Origin: Massalongia carnosa
Taxonomy: Eukaryota
NCBI GenBank assembly: GCA_965645245.1
Contig: OZ287072.1
Location: 682,001 to 746,000, forward strand
Direction of reading: 5' to 3'
DNA length: 64,000 nucleotides
Part shown: positions 61,970 through 64,000 of the stretch, in pieces
Numbering within the stretch: the stretch's first letter is position 1
Layout of the letters: each line of letters starts with the position of its first letter
Translations under genes and position numbers: made by a program
Notes under the pieces: generated by a model
Seen by the model: only the letters and a program-made list of their open reading frames with translations
What the model was told of the DNA's origin: nothing
The model's database searches: none

Positions 61970-62939
61970 TAGAGTGGTGGGGAGGGGGGTTATTATGACA
62001 TGAGATGAGATTGTGAAGCGAATAGAATCCAAAAATCGACCGTTTTCAGAATCCATAGATGCGGAGAAAGGCATACATAAACCTAGCTGCATTTGCGTTC
62101 CGTCAAACCCCAGAGCCGCTTTGAAATCATCCCAACTAAGCTTCTCTTTGCTCTCACTATCTACTCCCCGAGAGCCCCAACAAAGAGACCCCTCCTTCGC
62201 CCTATCTATAATGCTAGTCTAACGCACGCGCGGCTCATATACATATACCTATGTAGGTATATATTCGCCTTCCATTCCACTCCTCATCCATCCATCCTTA
62301 CTTATAGCTCCTTTCCACCCATCCATCCACCATCCTGCCTTCTGGGTCGATGAAGAAGAACTCCAAGTGGAGTCGTAGCATGGCGTTAAGATTTATCGTT
62401 CAGGCTCCGCGCCCCCGCAACAGCCGATGAATGAAAAAAACGGTACGGTTCGTTTTTTAGAGCAGCGCATAATAGTGAATGATGAACAGCACTTTTTGAA
62501 ACTTCTCCCCTTCTCCAGCGCGGCGTGTGAAAAAACCTCGCCGATTCTTGGAAAAGGAAACCCCAGTCAGTGGGGGTGGGGAATGGGGAAGGAATACGGA
62601 GATGAAAATAAGTTTCTTTGCATCGAGAAGATGGAAAGAGAGGGAGAATGAGATGAGCCGGGTCAGGCTCATGGGCTGATGTGAAGAATGATGGAGTTTT
62701 GGCGGTATTCTGGTGAATGGCTCGAGGGGTATTTTCGACGCTGGGGTCTGTGTTAGTGGAATTTGATTTCCTTTCCCTTGTCCTGAAGAAGCGCAAGAGC
62801 AGGGCATGAAAGAGCTTTCCTAAAACTGCGGTGATTAGATTCCGGGGCCCTGGAAGCTGCATGGCAGTATGCACTCTTCCTCTCGATTAACAGCCTTGAG
62901 CGTTGTTCGGATCTTGCTCCAACGAGTTCCAAAGAGGCA

Positions 62940-64000
62940 TCATAACTTCTCCTTCAAATTCGCCCGCATTCGCTTCTCCACCGCATCCATGTATTCCGTC
63001 GTCGTCACATAGTCTCCTTGTCCCATCTTGCCGCATGCAATCGCCAAGTCCTTAGTCATGATCCCGTCTATGTCCACGGTGTCCACACACGCCTGCTCCA
63101 AGCTCTCGGCGAACGCCACCACCTCCGGCGTGCTGTCCAGCGTGCCCCGCTGCGCCAGCCCCCGCGTCCAGGCGAAGATGGAGGCGATGGAGTTAGTCGA
63201 CGTCGGGTGGCCTTTTTGATGCTCCCGGAAATGCCGCGTCACGGTGCCATGAGCGGCTTCGGCTTCGAAGGTTTTGCCGTCAGGCGTGATGAGCACGGAG
63301 GTCATAAGGCCGAGGGAGCCGAAGCCTTGAGCGACGATATCGGATTGCACGTCGCCGTCGTAGTTTTTGAGCGCCATGATGTAGCCCCCGGCGCTCTTCA
63401 TCATTTGTGCTACCATGTCATCGATCAAGCGATGCTCGTACCATATTTTCTTCTCCTCAAACTCTGTCTTGTATTCCTTCTCGTAAATTTCCTGGAAGAT
63501 GTCTTTGAATCGCCCGTCGTACTTCTTTAGAATCGTATTCTTCGTACTGAGATAGAGGGGAAGCGATTTAATTAGGGCGAGCTTGAAGCTGGCATGCGCA
63601 AACCCTTGTATAGACTCGTCAGTATTGTACTGTGTCTGCGCCACCCCGCCTCCATCTTTGAACTCGTAGACCTGGATGCGCTCCGGCTCTCCGCCTTTGG
63701 GCGTATACACCATCTCCAGCATTCCCGGACCCTTGACCACATAGTCCTTGGCGCGATACTGATCTCCAAACGCATGACGACCAATAATGATTGGTTTCTT
63801 CCACCCAGGCACTAGCCGTGGTATCCTTGGGATAACTATGGGCTCTCTGAAAACCGTCCCACCTAGGTAATTCCGGATGGTGCCATTGGGGCTCAACCAC
63901 ATCTTCTTCAGATGAAATTCTTTCATTCTTGCTTCATCTGGTGTAATGGTTGCGCATTTGACGCCGACCGAGTATTTCTTAATGGCGGCAGCAGCATCGA
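62940..64000 (-). CDS. idp1: NADP-dependent isocitrate dehydrogenase (5' part outside the window)
   Basis: [43 protein letters not shown] and [12 protein letters not shown]. Ends ANLKEKL*. Confidence 0.95.
   Translation of the reverse strand, partial: DAAAAIKKYSVGVKCATITPDEARMKEFHLKKMWLSPNGTIRNYLGGTVFREPIVIPRIPRLVPGWKKPIIIGRHAFGDQYRAKDYVVKGPGMLEMVYTPKGGEPERIQVYEFKDGGGVAQTQYNTDESIQGFAHASFKLALIKSLPLYLSTKNTILKKYDGRFKDIFQEIYEKEYKTEFEEKKIWYEHRLIDDMVAQMMKSAGGYIMALKNYDGDVQSDIVAQGFGSLGLMTSVLITPDGKTFEAEAAHGTVTRHFREHQKGHPTSTNSIASIFAWTRGLAQRGTLDSTPEVVAFAESLEQACVDTVDIDGIMTKDLAIACGKMGQGDYVTTTEYMDAVEKRMRANLKEKL

Noticed and set aside
62900..62942. Stop-codon readthrough extension of IDH
   Set aside because: The context is TGA-TGC, not the TGA-CTA readthrough motif, and no nearby PTS1 follows.

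Overview
Eukaryotic, intron-containing DNA from a filamentous ascomycete (Pezizomycotina-type genes; short GT-AG introns with CTRAY branch points). The window is mostly gene-dense housekeeping sequence with about 24 host protein-coding genes: GT2 glycosyltransferase, GCP3/Spc98, a WKF-domain protein, Ubc12, class III chitin synthase, Opy2, Dug1, a Bud2-like RasGAP, MrpL20, Cpr6, Dtd1, Not3, a PPR protein, proteasome alpha1, a Mug65/Spo73-like protein, Cdt1, DUF1365, Mbf1, NADP-IDH and several hypotheticals. One accessory island (about 14.7-19.0 kb), between the divergent chitin synthase and opy2 genes, holds a decayed pogo/CENP-B-like transposon, a compound minisatellite and an intact Tc1-like DD34E transposon. 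The most notable signals are: (1) a RIP-like hypermutation that appears to target CpC (GG->GA) rather than CpA, seen both in the pogo element and in an internal exon+intron duplication of an orphan C2H2 zinc-finger gene; (2) a family of TA-bounded pentamers (TA-CGGAG-TA, TA-CAGAG-TA, TA-CCGAG-TA) that flank both transposons, build the minisatellite and recur upstream of genes; (3) several candidate isoform mechanisms (Dug1 presequence, Dtd1 tandem donors, a frameshifted GCP3 tail). No rRNA, tRNA or CRISPR was recognised. All calls come from reading the sequence and recalled family motifs, without database searches. Exon boundaries are manual predictions.
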